From: an uncultured Gammaproteobacteria bacterium
Lineage (GTDB): Bacteria > Patescibacteriota > Microgenomatia > UBA8517
DNA length: 64,000 nucleotides
NCBI GenBank assembly: GCA_964583685.1
Contig: CAZOVJ010000001.1
Coordinates: 196,033-260,032, forward strand
Reading direction: 5' to 3'
Position 1 is the first letter of the stretch; the number at the start of each line of letters is the position of its first letter. The notes below the pieces were generated by a model. That model was not told the origin of the DNA, made no database searches, and saw only the letters and a list, made by a program, of their open reading frames with translations. A program made the translations under genes and the position numbers. This document shows, in pieces, positions 54,301 to 64,000 of this stretch.

Positions 54301-54682
54301 TGGCAAGGGTTTTTTTGTCTATTCTTGGCCGATAGTAAAAACCTTCAATATGAGCAATTGAAGTTAATTTCATTAAATTTGCATAACCCCTTTTGTCCTT
54401 AGCTAGAAGAACTTGGTGATAATTTGGAGTTCTTTTTTTGCTATCTTTGATTTTATGGTCAATGTTGGTTATATACCCCTCGATCCCGATTATTGGTTTT
54501 ATGTGTCGTTTTAAGGCCTTTTGATAAAATTCAATTACTCCATACATTACCCCGTGGTCAGTGATAGCTAGGGCATCCATCCCGTTCTTTTTAACATAAC
54601 TTAGAAGATCATCTATTTTTGATAAACCATCCAGAAGAGAATATTCAGTATGAACATGGAGATGGACAAACTTAGCAGACAT
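51377..54682 (-). CDS. dnaE: DNA polymerase III alpha subunit
   Basis: 1101 aa; PHP domain 'FVHLHVHTEYSLLDG', palm/fingers and OB-fold C-terminus. Confidence 0.95.
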   Translation of the reverse strand: MSAKFVHLHVHTEYSLLDGLSKIDDLLSYVKKNGMDALAITDHGVMYGVIEFYQKALKRHIKPIIGIEGYITNIDHKIKDSKKRTPNYHQVLLAKDKRGYANLMKLTSIAHIEGFYYRPRIDKKTLAKYSKGLICTSGCSRGEVPQALIVGNYLEAKKIINWYLDVFGKDYYLEIQRHQFSQYVDGIENLEIRQNVLKQAEDEKIISEGIIKLSRELGVPIIATNDAHYVRQEDAHAQDALVCIATAKNVNDIKRLRYIDTPTFYIKTPQEMAKLFSDLPEALENTLKIAEKCHVSITLNKWFFPEYKLQKGKSADKELRDQTWSGIRRRVKKMTPRIKKRIKYELDIITQKGYSTYFLIVADIARWTKKKEIATNTRGSAAGSLVSYALGIININPLDYDLPFERFLTPWRPSPPDVDFDIADNRREEVINYITGKYGIDHVAQICTFGRMLARASVRDVARVLGYPYSTGDQIAKLIPLGSQGHPMNINRAIKLSLGLKMLYQSDSDSRSVIDLARQLEGNARHISVHAAGLVIAPKKITNFTPIQLDPEGKRVITQYDMDALDPNVSPGAAVGLLKFDLLGLRNLSILGSTIKIVEKTYGKKIDIHKISLKDKKTFDKLAHGETMGVFQLSGSGMTRYLKELKPNRIEDIMAMVALYRPGPIAHIPEYIERKNNPSKIKYFDPRMKEYLQKSYGLLVYQDDVFTTAIKIAGYTWEEADKFRKAVGKKIPEEMERQKKKFIQGAIKGGLEKKKAEELFSLIEPFSGYGFNKAHAASYGMLAYRSAYMKANYPIEFMCALLTAESRDLEKISAAVNECRRIGINVLPPDINESWVDFKVVADKKSLDNKAIRFGLNAIKHVGKAAIEAILEGRKLGKFISAADFCTRVDARRVNKKVLESLIKVGALSDFGSRAGLLSSMDKIRAKTKSKVARGQQDFFSQGEIEKPGTNPQGQVAPEIREFSEEEIQKLERQLLGLSLSSKPLSEIISPLLSYSTHRINEIFPDQTQGEIIKIAGVITGVKTVITKRSRQEMAFVKVEDETGSLDVIVFPKIFATTKEIWVDYKCVLVQGRTDNREESTNLILESVETLESIKKQREGS

Positions 54683-54705
54683 AATCTAATAATATTACAA
54701 TAATT

Positions 54706-56034
54706 TTATTGCTCTAGTTTTTCAAGGAGTAACTGACGGATTTGACTAGGATCTCCTTGTCCCTTAAGGATTTTTTGAACCTGACCAATTAAAAAGCCAA
54801 TCACTTCAGCTTTACCTTCTTGAAAATCTCTGATTGCCTTTTTTTGCTCAATAAACACCCGGTCAATTGCCATTATAACCTCTTTAGATTTGGCAAAACC
54901 TTTTTTTGTTAATTCAAATATTTTTTTAATCAACAAAGCTGGTTCAAGAAAATCTTTATCCAGATTTTGGTTAACCATCAAATCAGCAATCGTCTTCGGG
55001 GAAATATGATAAGTTTCTGCTAACTCAACTGCCTTTTCAAAGTAATCAGCTCGACTAGTAGTTTCACTTAATATCTGGGCGTAACCTAAAGGTAACAAAA
55101 AATCTTTCATAAACCTTTTCTTCTTGGCTGTTGGTAATTCGGGTAATCCTTTCCTAAGTCTTTCTATTTCATGCTTGAAAATTTTTAGAGGTGGGATGTC
55201 CGGTTCGGGAAAATATCGGTAATCTTCAGTTTTTTCTTTTATTCTTTGGCTAACCGTCCTATCTTTCGACTCATCATAGCCTCTTGTTTCTTGAATAACT
55301 TTTTGTCCTGAACTCAATATTTTCCTTTGTCTTTTAATCTCTGCCAGTATTGCCTTTCCCAAAAACCTGAATGAATTGATATTCTTTAACTCAACCTTAT
55401 AATTTGGTAAAGTTCTAAGATTAGATTTTTGCAAGGAGATATTGGCTTCAATTCTCATTGAGCCTTTTTCCATATTCGCTCTCGAGATAGCCAGATAACG
55501 AACTACTTGTTGGATCTCCTGAGCAAACCCCCTTGCACCTTGATCATTCCTGAAGTCCGGCTCAGTAACCAATTCCATGAGAGGTACCCCACTTCTATTA
55601 AAATCGACCAGGGTTACTTTCTTTCCTTTTAATTTCAAGTGAACTAGTTTGCCAGTATCTTCCTCAAGGTGAATTCGGGTTATTCTAATTTTTTGCCCAT
55701 TTTCTAAAGTCCATTGACCGCGACGGCAAAGAGGTAAGTCATACTGACTAATTTGAAAACCCTTGGGTAGGTCGGGATAAAAATAATGCTTGCGGTCAAA
55801 TTTTGAGAATTGAGCAACCTTACATCCAAACACTAGTCCAAGCTTAATTACTGATTCAATGGCGGTTTTATTCGGGTAAGGCAATGCTCCGGGTAACCCC
55901 AGACATATTGGGCAAACCTGACTATTGGCTTCTTTGGCAAAATGGTTGACTGAGCAGCCACAAAACATCTTGGATTTAGTGGCCAGCTCGATATGGATTT
56001 CAAGACCAATTATTGGTCTAAAACTTTTAAGCAT
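54706..56034 (-). CDS. gatB: Asp-tRNA(Asn)/Glu-tRNA(Gln) amidotransferase subunit B
   Basis: 442 aa; '[20 protein letters not shown]'. Confidence 0.9.
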   Translation of the reverse strand: MLKSFRPIIGLEIHIELATKSKMFCGCSVNHFAKEANSQVCPICLGLPGALPYPNKTAIESVIKLGLVFGCKVAQFSKFDRKHYFYPDLPKGFQISQYDLPLCRRGQWTLENGQKIRITRIHLEEDTGKLVHLKLKGKKVTLVDFNRSGVPLMELVTEPDFRNDQGARGFAQEIQQVVRYLAISRANMEKGSMRIEANISLQKSNLRTLPNYKVELKNINSFRFLGKAILAEIKRQRKILSSGQKVIQETRGYDESKDRTVSQRIKEKTEDYRYFPEPDIPPLKIFKHEIERLRKGLPELPTAKKKRFMKDFLLPLGYAQILSETTSRADYFEKAVELAETYHISPKTIADLMVNQNLDKDFLEPALLIKKIFELTKKGFAKSKEVIMAIDRVFIEQKKAIRDFQEGKAEVIGFLIGQVQKILKGQGDPSQIRQLLLEKLEQ

Positions 56035-57274
56035 TTTGAATTAAAAATTTATCATATACTTTAGAAAAAATTAGGCCGCCAAGGCTTACACAACCCAAGA
56101 GAAATAGTAAAGTTCCTACACCCAGAATATCGGTTATTGTTGCTGAGCAAAGAACGGGAAAGACCATTGCTACTGTCGTTAAAAACCAAAAATTACCAAA
56201 GACTCTAGCCATCATCTGTTTGGGGGTTACTTCTTGAACATAGGTTTGGGTTAAAATAACAATGCTTAAGAATGAATAACCCATAACCAGGAAGGCTGAA
56301 ACGGCTGTCAATATTTTTATAACCAAAGGAAGTAAGGGGAAAATAAAAACCATTAACCAGATACCCAGGGTGAGCAAGGCCAAAGAAGTTTGTATTAACC
56401 TTTTCTTTCTTATTCCGGTAGATAAAAGTTTTGGTACAAGCAAAGCAGCAAACATAGCCCCTACCCCTGCAGGAACAACCATGAAAATACTCGAATAACT
56501 GGGTTTCACTTCTATTATCTCCTTTGCTATAACAGGCATGTTAGTTGTTACGACGGACAATGATACCTGTAAAACAAGAAGGAGTGAAAAACCCATTAAA
56601 ACATTAGTTTCCCTTTTGATAAATTTATAGCCTTCGAGTATTTGACTAAAAAAATCTGTGACCCCTTTTTCAAAACCTTCTACTAGCTTTTTCCCTGTAC
56701 GCATGACCGGTAAAAAACTGGAACTAAAGAAAGCTAGCAAAAGAAATAAGGAGGGGATGAATAAAGTTAAACCAAAACCAAGGAGCTCACTAATCAAGCC
56801 GGCCAAACCAAAACCAACAACTATGGCTGCTTGTTGGGTGATGAAAAATAAACCATTGGCATATGGTAGCTTCTTTTTGGATACCAAGAACGGCAGACTG
56901 GCAGATTCTGCTGGGTCGTTAAATTGATTAAAAAACGAAAATACAATAGCCAGAGCATAGGCAAGATATACAGTCCTCTTGTAAAAAAGAGCGAAAATAC
57001 AGACTGCCAGTGATTGGGCAAGACTGGTTAATACTAAAACTTTTCTTCGGTCAATAAAATCAACATAGGTGGCGGCAAAGGGACCGACAATCATTGCTGG
57101 TAATGCGTATGACACCCAAATTAAGGATGCGGCCAGGGTCGAATTAGTGCTTTCATATAATCTTATGAGCAGGAGAAATAAAAGTAGGTTTGAGGCTAAT
57201 TGAGAAAACAATTGGGATATCCAGAGATAAACAAATTTTTTATTTTTAATCAGTACTAGATATTGTTTAATCAT
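56027..57274 (-). CDS. MFS transporter
   Basis: 415 aa, ~12 TM helices; sits between gatA and gatB. Confidence 0.65.
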   Translation of the reverse strand: MIKQYLVLIKNKKFVYLWISQLFSQLASNLLLFLLLIRLYESTNSTLAASLIWVSYALPAMIVGPFAATYVDFIDRRKVLVLTSLAQSLAVCIFALFYKRTVYLAYALAIVFSFFNQFNDPAESASLPFLVSKKKLPYANGLFFITQQAAIVVGFGLAGLISELLGFGLTLFIPSLFLLLAFFSSSFLPVMRTGKKLVEGFEKGVTDFFSQILEGYKFIKRETNVLMGFSLLLVLQVSLSVVTTNMPVIAKEIIEVKPSYSSIFMVVPAGVGAMFAALLVPKLLSTGIRKKRLIQTSLALLTLGIWLMVFIFPLLPLVIKILTAVSAFLVMGYSFLSIVILTQTYVQEVTPKQMMARVFGNFWFLTTVAMVFPVLCSATITDILGVGTLLFLLGCVSLGGLIFSKVYDKFLIQNA

Positions 57275-58677
57275 AGTTCTGGTTCTTTCCAGTGCCAGTC
57301 CGTCTGTTTTTGATAAAGTTTTCCCAAATTAAAAAGAATTTTTTCTGAAAACTTTGGCCCAAGGAGCTGAAAACCCAGAGGTAAACCTTTACTGGTTATA
57401 CCAGCCGGAAGGGCCAACCCAGGTATACCCGCTAAATTGGCGGCAACGGTAAATATATCCATCAGATACAATTGAAGAGGTTTCTCCACCTTCTCGCCCA
57501 ATTTAAAGGCTGGTGTGGGGGAAACTGGAGTGATAAGGACATCAACTTCCTTAAAGGCTTGCTCAAAATCCTCAATTATCTTGGAACGAACTTTCATTGC
57601 CTGGAGGTAGTAAGCATCATAATAACCAGCAGAAAGAACATAACTTCCAAGCATAATTCTTCTTTTAGCTTCTTTACCAAAATAATCTCTATCATAGCCA
57701 AACCTGACTCCATCATAACGAGCAAGATTTGAAGATACTTCGGCAGGTTGAACTATGTAATAAACAGAAATGGCATATTTTGTTTGGGGCAAACTAACTT
57801 CTTTAAATTCTATTTTTTCCTTTTTAAAAACCTTGACAGCATCTAAAACTGCTTTCTCCACCTCCTTATTAATTCCCTTGGTGAAATATTCTTTAGGTAT
57901 GCCAATTTTTAATTTGGCATTTTTATTTTTTAATTTTGCATTTTTCAATGTACTATCTTTTCCATCTTCTCCTTTAATTATTTTAAAAATCCGGCTAGAG
58001 TCTTCAACGGTTCTGCTCATATGTCCAATTGAATCCAATGAAGAGGCCATGGCTATTACTCCGTATCGTGATACAAGGCCATAGGTGGGCTTAAAACCAA
58101 CAATTCCACAAAAACTGGCTGGTTGACGTATTGAGCCACCGGTGTCCGTACCAGTAGCCACTAAAGAAAAATTGGCCGAAACAGACACGGCCGAGCCACT
58201 TGAAGAACCGCCGGGAGCATATTTTTTATTCCAAGGATTTTTGGTTGGTCCAAAATCTGAATTTTCTCCTGAAGTTCCATGAGCCCATGCATCACAATTC
58301 GTTTTACCCAATAAAATCGCGCCGGCTTTCTCCATTTTTTCAACAACGGTGGCTGAATGGCTCGGAACATAATTTTGGAGAACTTTTGCACCCGCCGTAG
58401 TTCTCACTCCTTTGGTTAAAAACAAATCTTTATGGCTGACCGCGACTCCTAGAAGTGGCTTTTCGCTTAAGGCCTTTTTTGCCAATTCCTGAATTATCTT
58501 ATCTACATTTTTTGCCTGCTGGTATGCTAACTCATCAGTAACTGTGATAAACGCATTTAAATCTTGGTTGTGTTTTCTGATTCGTTCAAGATAAGTGTCT
58601 AGAAGTTCAACAGCGGAAAACTTTTTTTTCAGTAACCCGTCTTGAGTTTCTTGAATGGTTCTTGGCAACTTCATCAA
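57271..58677 (-). CDS. gatA: Asp-tRNA(Asn)/Glu-tRNA(Gln) amidotransferase subunit A
   Basis: 468 aa; amidase signature 'GGSSSGSAVSVSANFSLVATGTDTGGSIRQPASFCG'. Confidence 0.9.
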   Translation of the reverse strand: MMKLPRTIQETQDGLLKKKFSAVELLDTYLERIRKHNQDLNAFITVTDELAYQQAKNVDKIIQELAKKALSEKPLLGVAVSHKDLFLTKGVRTTAGAKVLQNYVPSHSATVVEKMEKAGAILLGKTNCDAWAHGTSGENSDFGPTKNPWNKKYAPGGSSSGSAVSVSANFSLVATGTDTGGSIRQPASFCGIVGFKPTYGLVSRYGVIAMASSLDSIGHMSRTVEDSSRIFKIIKGEDGKDSTLKNAKLKNKNAKLKIGIPKEYFTKGINKEVEKAVLDAVKVFKKEKIEFKEVSLPQTKYAISVYYIVQPAEVSSNLARYDGVRFGYDRDYFGKEAKRRIMLGSYVLSAGYYDAYYLQAMKVRSKIIEDFEQAFKEVDVLITPVSPTPAFKLGEKVEKPLQLYLMDIFTVAANLAGIPGLALPAGITSKGLPLGFQLLGPKFSEKILFNLGKLYQKQTDWHWKEPEL

Positions 58678-58679
58678 AA

Positions 58680-59018
58680 TTACTCCTCGGTTTTGCTTCT
58701 CGTTTCTTGCTTCTCGCTTCTTGCTTCAAAAACATAGGGTACGACAAAATAATTATTCCTGCTTTTATCTGTTCCGGAAAGGGTTTTCTCAATTGTTAAA
58801 GTTTGGGAAATATCCAGTTCATCTTCTCTGAAGACATTAATTAAACCAGTTGTCTGGCTGGTTGGTTGAATATTTGAAGTATCAACTTCACTCAGCTTCT
58901 CAACATAGCTAATAATTTCCGATAATTGCTTTTGAAATTTTCTTATCTCTACCTGGGAAAGTTTCAATTTGGCTAGCTTGGCTAAATGGAGAACCTCCTT
59001 TTTCTTCAGTTTGCCCAT
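58680..59018 (-). CDS. gatC: Asp-tRNA(Asn)/Glu-tRNA(Gln) amidotransferase subunit C
   Basis: 'LSQVEIRKFQKQLSEIISYVEKLSEVDTSNIQPT' GatC pattern; start chosen at internal Met (MGKLKKK) rather than the ORF-track start. Confidence 0.6.
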   Translation of the reverse strand: MGKLKKKEVLHLAKLAKLKLSQVEIRKFQKQLSEIISYVEKLSEVDTSNIQPTSQTTGLINVFREDELDISQTLTIEKTLSGTDKSRNNYFVVPYVFEARSEKQETRSKTEE

Positions 59019-59140
59019 CACTCTATAATAGCCCCTGACTCCCGTTAATGGCAATAATAAAAAGTGAATGGAGAGGGTGTTGGCTCATATATATTAAGGA
59101 GGATCAGCTGGGAGGTAGCTAGTTATTCTTACTATGTAAC

Positions 59141-59905
59141 CTAAGTAATAAGACTATCAGTATGCTCCCGAAAATAATCTCCGTGAAGATCAACAGCATT
59201 AGCTATGGCGCGAGATCGCAAAAGTTTTCTTATCTCCTCTGGCTCTTGCACAAGGCTTATTATATTTTTATCTCCGATGTAACGCATACTTTTGTATCTC
59301 ATCATCTCCAAAGCTGCAGCGGGATGCTGGGGAAATTGCTCTCGTAGGACCTCTATATCAATGTACTCATAGGAAATTGCGTTATCTTCGCCAAGTTTAA
59401 AAATTCCTTCATCAGAACGCCTAACATAAACCGTATTCGTGTTTATGGGCCGATAAATTGATATTCTTCTTTTAAACCCGGGGACCACAAGATGGGTTTC
59501 TAAAACTTCTACTTCGACATCCAAATATTCAGTGACTTTTACTATTTCTCCTTCACTCCGTGATTCTTCCCACGAAAAACTATCCGTGTATTCATAAGTT
59601 TTTGGTTTCCACTTAACTACTCTTCCCCTTCCATCAAAAAGTTCTGTATTAATTTGCCTTAGTAGAGCTAGGGCAAATTCTTTTACTTCCTCAAAATTCT
59701 GCTCTGCGAGTAATCGTACTCTTTCTGCTTCTTCTTGTTTTCTTTTTCTAATCTCTTCCTCCAACAACAATATTTGTTGTTCTTTAGCTCTCCTAGCTTT
59801 TACCTCTAAAGCCCACTTAACCTCCAGTTCCCTTTTTTCTTCTATTTCTCTTCTTGCTCTGTCAAACTCGCTCATTTGAGGCAAGTGTAGTAGAACAACA
59901 GCCAA
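59141..59905 (-). CDS. hypothetical protein with N-terminal coiled coil
   Basis: 254 aa. Confidence 0.4.
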   Translation of the reverse strand: MAVVLLHLPQMSEFDRARREIEEKRELEVKWALEVKARRAKEQQILLLEEEIRKRKQEEAERVRLLAEQNFEEVKEFALALLRQINTELFDGRGRVVKWKPKTYEYTDSFSWEESRSEGEIVKVTEYLDVEVEVLETHLVVPGFKRRISIYRPINTNTVYVRRSDEGIFKLGEDNAISYEYIDIEVLREQFPQHPAAALEMMRYKSMRYIGDKNIISLVQEPEEIRKLLRSRAIANAVDLHGDYFREHTDSLIT

Positions 59906-59951
59906 AAGTCAAACTATAGGTATTCATTTCTCTTCGTGTATGAGATTTGAA

Positions 59952-60575
59952 CTAGTTTAAGTGTGGGTTACTACTCCCTGGTGGTGGGTTGCCTAAAAAT
60001 GGGTCGTCTAAAGATGCTGATTCTTTCTTAGGGGATTCCTTAAGGTTTTGTAAAATTGATTCGGCTTCCTCAAGCTTTCTTGCATTAAATAAGGCGGTAA
60101 TTAACATTCCAGTTAGTTGAGGCACCCGTGCATTCGCAGAAATCTGTGCAATAAGTAATAGTCTAGCTGCATTCTCATTGATCCTTCTGACATCAAACAG
60201 TTCGGCGCTACTTATATCATAAAAACCGGCCGGGTCGGGCTCATTTTTTCTGATGATATTTTCAGCTTTAGCCCTGTGGGCCCTAGCTTGCTCATAGAGG
60301 CCGAGGAGTTCAAATAGTTTAGTATTGTTAGGGTATTCTTCAGTGAGGTTGGCGTAAACATTTGAAATTCGTTCTTCAGCCACACCTAAATCCAGACCTT
60401 CATCTTTTACTGCTTTAACTATTTCTTGACATGTCTCTGAGGTAGATTGAAAATCCTCATAGGCCGATGAGGTAAGATCTAGCCGGGAAATCCTCTTGTT
60501 TTTGGGGATTGCTAGATAATTACTCACTAGCTCCTCCGTGGTAGAATCCTTTCCTGCTAAAGATTCAATACTCAT
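59952..60575 (-). CDS. hypothetical protein
   Basis: 207 aa. Confidence 0.4.
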   Translation of the reverse strand: MSIESLAGKDSTTEELVSNYLAIPKNKRISRLDLTSSAYEDFQSTSETCQEIVKAVKDEGLDLGVAEERISNVYANLTEEYPNNTKLFELLGLYEQARAHRAKAENIIRKNEPDPAGFYDISSAELFDVRRINENAARLLLIAQISANARVPQLTGMLITALFNARKLEEAESILQNLKESPKKESASLDDPFLGNPPPGSSNPHLN

Positions 60576-60610
60576 TTTATTAGCAATATTCTATCTTATA
60601 GTGGAAGAAA

Positions 60611-61537
60611 TTACAACATGTTTTCTAGTGCCTTGATACGTTTGGGGATTGGCGGATGGGTGTTGAACAAATTGGCAAACCAGCCAACAGCCGAATGTCC
60701 CTTTTTTCCTTTAAAGGGGTTAATAATATAAAGATGGGCTGTTGCCTTATTGGCAACCTCAAGGGCTTCTCTATCTTGAGATAGCTTTCCTAAGGCTTGA
60801 ATCAAACCCCGAGGTTGTCTGGTGATAGCCACTGAGCTGGCATCAGCTAAAAATTCGCGCCGTCTAGAAATAGCCAAGCGAATCAACTGAGCAAAAATCG
60901 GTGAGAGAATTGCGAAAATTAAACCAAGAATTAAAAATATTGCTCCAGCATTACTTCGCCCCCGCCGACCTCTTCCTCGGAAACTTACTCTCAAAAACAA
61001 ATCAGCCAAAAGAGCAACTATACCCAGTAAAACTGAGACAACTGACATCAAACGAATATCATAATTCTTAATATGACTCAGCTCGTGACCTATAACACCT
61101 TCTAATTCTGTCCGTGAGAGTTTATCTAGAAGCCCGGTAGTTACACAAATCACAGCGTGTTCTGGATCCCTACCCGTAGCAAAGGCATTGGGTGCAGAAT
61201 CTTCAATAACAAAGAGTTTAGGTGTGGGTAGACCCGAAGCTATACTTAAATTCTCGACAACCGTGTAAAAATTAAAATCCCGCTTTCTATCAACTGGCCT
61301 GGCACCGGAAATACTTAAAATTATCTTGTCACTGTAATAATAACCAACAAAAGCCATTAGACCGGAAATAATTAAAGCAATTCCCACTACTCCCAATCCA
61401 CCGGGTTCATATCCCAAGTAAACAGTAAATGCTTGAGAAATTATATAAACGGTTATTGTTACAAAAAGAACAAAACCAACAACTACAAAGTTGCTTTTTC
61501 TTTTATTATTAGCAACTGATTCGTAGATATTTAACAC
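60611..61537 (-). CDS. htpX: zinc metalloprotease HtpX (M48 family)
   Basis: 308 aa; 4 TM helices and 'HELSHIKNYD' HExxH. Confidence 0.8.
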   Translation of the reverse strand: MLNIYESVANNKRKSNFVVVGFVLFVTITVYIISQAFTVYLGYEPGGLGVVGIALIISGLMAFVGYYYSDKIILSISGARPVDRKRDFNFYTVVENLSIASGLPTPKLFVIEDSAPNAFATGRDPEHAVICVTTGLLDKLSRTELEGVIGHELSHIKNYDIRLMSVVSVLLGIVALLADLFLRVSFRGRGRRGRSNAGAIFLILGLIFAILSPIFAQLIRLAISRRREFLADASSVAITRQPRGLIQALGKLSQDREALEVANKATAHLYIINPFKGKKGHSAVGWFANLFNTHPPIPKRIKALENML

Positions 61538-61543
61538 TATTCC

Positions 61544-62128
61544 TTATTCAAGCTTAATCTTAGGTGTTTTTAAGTCTCCTCCAGAAACTTCTACATGTTC
61601 TCCAGCTTCAGGGGTAAGAATTCCCGGTAACTCCTTGAAACTAAATACGTTGGCTACAAGCTTTGATGGAAAACTTACTCTTTTAACATTAAAGTCTGCC
61701 GTTAAGTCAATAACCAACCTTCTTGAATACATAATTTTGTCAGCCGTATCTCTTAACTCATCCATAAGCTTTGTCACAACTTCCGAACCTTTAATTTCAG
61801 GGTTACTTTCTACCAAAACCTGAATATTAGGTAAAACCGAAGCAAGCTTGCTTCCTGCATCTACCATTTTTTGCAGGTCACCGGATTTTACAGCTGAGTC
61901 AACAGCTTTCCTAGCATCCGTTAAGGCTTTGAATATGCCTTTCTCGTGCTTTAGATAACCCTTAGCAGAGGCTTCAAGGTTTGGTATTAGGCCGGCCTGT
62001 CTTTTAAGTTGATTTCCAATTTCCTGAACAGCGGCTTTAATCCTTGCTTTGCTTGAAACGAAAAAGTTATAAGTAACTACTCCCCATACCAATAAAAGGA
62101 CAAAAATAGCAGCTAAAACATAAATCAT
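61544..62128 (-). CDS. lemA: LemA family protein
   Basis: 194 aa; N-terminal TM then LemA helical domain. Confidence 0.7.
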   Translation of the reverse strand: MIYVLAAIFVLLLVWGVVTYNFFVSSKARIKAAVQEIGNQLKRQAGLIPNLEASAKGYLKHEKGIFKALTDARKAVDSAVKSGDLQKMVDAGSKLASVLPNIQVLVESNPEIKGSEVVTKLMDELRDTADKIMYSRRLVIDLTADFNVKRVSFPSKLVANVFSFKELPGILTPEAGEHVEVSGGDLKTPKIKLE

Positions 62129-62149
62129 AAATTACTCACCTCCAATCAA

Positions 62150-63946
62150 TTATATTAACATTTTTTGAAAGTCATTCAAGTTTTTAGTATTGATGATATC
62201 CTCTTTTCTTGCCCAACCGCGCTGACCAACAAAAACACCATAAGGCATGTTATCAAGGCCATCTTTATGATGAGCATCAGTACTGATCGTTAATTTCACG
62301 CTGCTTTTCACGGCTTCATGGGCAATAACATCTGGTATGTCAAGTCTTAGTGGATTAGCATTTATCTCTAGCCAGATATTTTTTTCCTTGCAGACTGCAA
62401 ATAGTTTTGGCCAATTAAACTCCACTCCTTCTCTACGATTTAAAATTCTGGTAGTAGGATGGGAAAATATTTTAACTTTGGGGTATTCAAAACTAGAAAG
62501 AACTCTTTTGGTCATTTTCTCTTTACCTTGCCTTAGGCTGGAATGTAGGGCAACAAGAACAAAATCAAGAATCTCTAAGGCTTTCTCTGAAAGAGGAAGT
62601 TTCCCACTTGGCAAAATGTCTAGTTCAAGGCTATTGAACACTTTTTTTACTCCTACCTTTCTACCTTTCACGAGTGAGGAATTTAATTTATCAATTCTTT
62701 CTCTTTTCCTCTTTAACAGGTCAATTATTTGTTTATCGGTATGTCCCCTTTGGCTGGGATTATGTTCGGTGAAAGCAATATACTCATATTGCAAACCCGA
62801 AGCTTTTCTGACAATCTCTTCCATTGAAGACTCACCTAAATCATGACTAGTTTCAATATCAAAATCCGAATGAATATGTAAATCTCCCCTTATTTCTTCC
62901 AGCTTTACTAACCTGGGAAGTTTGTGAGAAAGGGCGGCTTCAATTTCTCCACTATCTTCCCGAAGTTCAGGAGGTATCCAATCCATGCCCAATTTTTTAT
63001 AAAGTTTTTCCTCAGTGCTAAATTTTTGCAATTTCTTCCTTCCTCCGGCAAGATTCCGCTTGATCCCGTACTCGGATAGGCTCATCCCCTGCTTCTGCGC
63101 ATATTCGCGAAGGGCAATATTGTGGTGTTTTGAGCCTGTAAAATGTTGAAGCATGGCTCCATATGAGTCTAAATCTGAGACCATTAAATCGACTTGCCTG
63201 TTTCCGGAGATAATAATCGAAGCACTTTTAGGGCCTTTTTCCACTATTCTCTTGGTCTTCGGATATAAAGTAAAATGATTGACTACCGCCTGAGGGTTAT
63301 CTGTAGCTACGGCAATATCAACATCCCCCACTGTTGCTGTCTTTCTTCTTAAGCTTCCCAAAACATCTATTTCTTTGGCAAACTTACACCTTTTCAACCA
63401 AGATGTCAGTTCTCCAGAAATGTTCAGCGCTTGAGGAAGTAAAAGCCTAATATTCCTATCCTTAGTTTCACTGATAGATTTTTTAATACTGACTTCTGAT
63501 TGCTGACCAAAGCCAGGTATATCGGAAACTTGACCTTTCTCAACCGCTCTTTCAAGTTTTTTAAACGCCCCCTTTTGTTCTTTAATTCCCAATTTTTTGG
63601 CTAATTTCAAGGCTGTTTTTGCTCCTATGCCTGAGATTTTCATCAACTCAAACATCGCCGGTGGCAAACCTTTCATAACGAACTTAAAATGTTTTGACTT
63701 TCCTGTTCTGAAAATTTCATCTAAATGTTTGGAGATATTTTCCCCAATACTGGGGATTCCTTGTAGCTTTCCATCATCCCACAAATCTTTTACTTCTGAA
63801 GTCAAGTGTTCAACTGCATCAGCCGCCCTGCGATAGGCAATTATTTTAAAGCGATTCTTGGCCTCATTCTTAACTTCATAAGCAGCGGCTACAGATCTGA
63901 GAAGCTGGGTAACCTCTATATTGGTCATATTTTTGTAAATCTTCAT
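62150..63946 (-). CDS. family X DNA polymerase with C-terminal PHP phosphoesterase domain (PolX)
   Basis: 598 aa; N-terminal HhH/8-kDa domain, 'GSLRRKTATVGDVDI' Pol-beta palm, PHP 'LHIHSDFD'. Confidence 0.8.
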   Translation of the reverse strand: MKIYKNMTNIEVTQLLRSVAAAYEVKNEAKNRFKIIAYRRAADAVEHLTSEVKDLWDDGKLQGIPSIGENISKHLDEIFRTGKSKHFKFVMKGLPPAMFELMKISGIGAKTALKLAKKLGIKEQKGAFKKLERAVEKGQVSDIPGFGQQSEVSIKKSISETKDRNIRLLLPQALNISGELTSWLKRCKFAKEIDVLGSLRRKTATVGDVDIAVATDNPQAVVNHFTLYPKTKRIVEKGPKSASIIISGNRQVDLMVSDLDSYGAMLQHFTGSKHHNIALREYAQKQGMSLSEYGIKRNLAGGRKKLQKFSTEEKLYKKLGMDWIPPELREDSGEIEAALSHKLPRLVKLEEIRGDLHIHSDFDIETSHDLGESSMEEIVRKASGLQYEYIAFTEHNPSQRGHTDKQIIDLLKRKRERIDKLNSSLVKGRKVGVKKVFNSLELDILPSGKLPLSEKALEILDFVLVALHSSLRQGKEKMTKRVLSSFEYPKVKIFSHPTTRILNRREGVEFNWPKLFAVCKEKNIWLEINANPLRLDIPDVIAHEAVKSSVKLTISTDAHHKDGLDNMPYGVFVGQRGWARKEDIINTKNLNDFQKMLI

Positions 63947-64000
63947 TAAAATTATCTTAGCACGGAGCTTGTTTTAATCTCAATTTTGACGTATAATTTT

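Overview
The window is AT-rich and gene-dense, with mostly small proteins and 14 tRNA genes. Its gene content looks bacterial, probably a reduced-genome Patescibacteria/CPR-like lineage. Core genes recognisable from motifs are pyrG, tmk, obg, lexA, dinB, mpg, rdgB, secG, gpmI, eno, ppsA, an archaeal-type PGI/PMI, a phosphomannomutase, ruvC, rplS, dnaE, gatCAB, htpX, lemA, a PolX and a MacAB-like efflux set.

Three things stand out. (1) At 11.4-18.3 kb, between a tRNA-Leu/Pro pair and a tRNA-Gly/His cluster, sits a tight minus-strand operon. It encodes an N-terminally extended coiled-coil MoxR-like AAA+ ATPase, a VWA/MIDAS protein and four mosaic paralogues of an unknown protein. The paralogues share near-identical nucleotide tracts, which indicates ongoing gene conversion. 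This is the best candidate for an undescribed system. (2) At 18.4-18.6 kb, a complete tRNA-Gly(TCC) gene lies inside what looks like a second tRNA-Gly split in its anticodon loop. (3) From 19.5 to 28.5 kb an accessory region holds small unrelated genes: a cold-shock protein, a 2H phosphoesterase, a PNPOx-like protein, a NUDIX hydrolase, peptidase E, a hydrolase and an ATPase-wHTH regulator. These are separated by two families of conserved ~30-45 nt intergenic repeats plus tRNA 3'-end-like remnants and a ~95 bp direct repeat, suggesting serial site-specific insertions. No integrase is visible in the window.

All calls come from reading the sequence and ORF translations by eye. No database searches were run.
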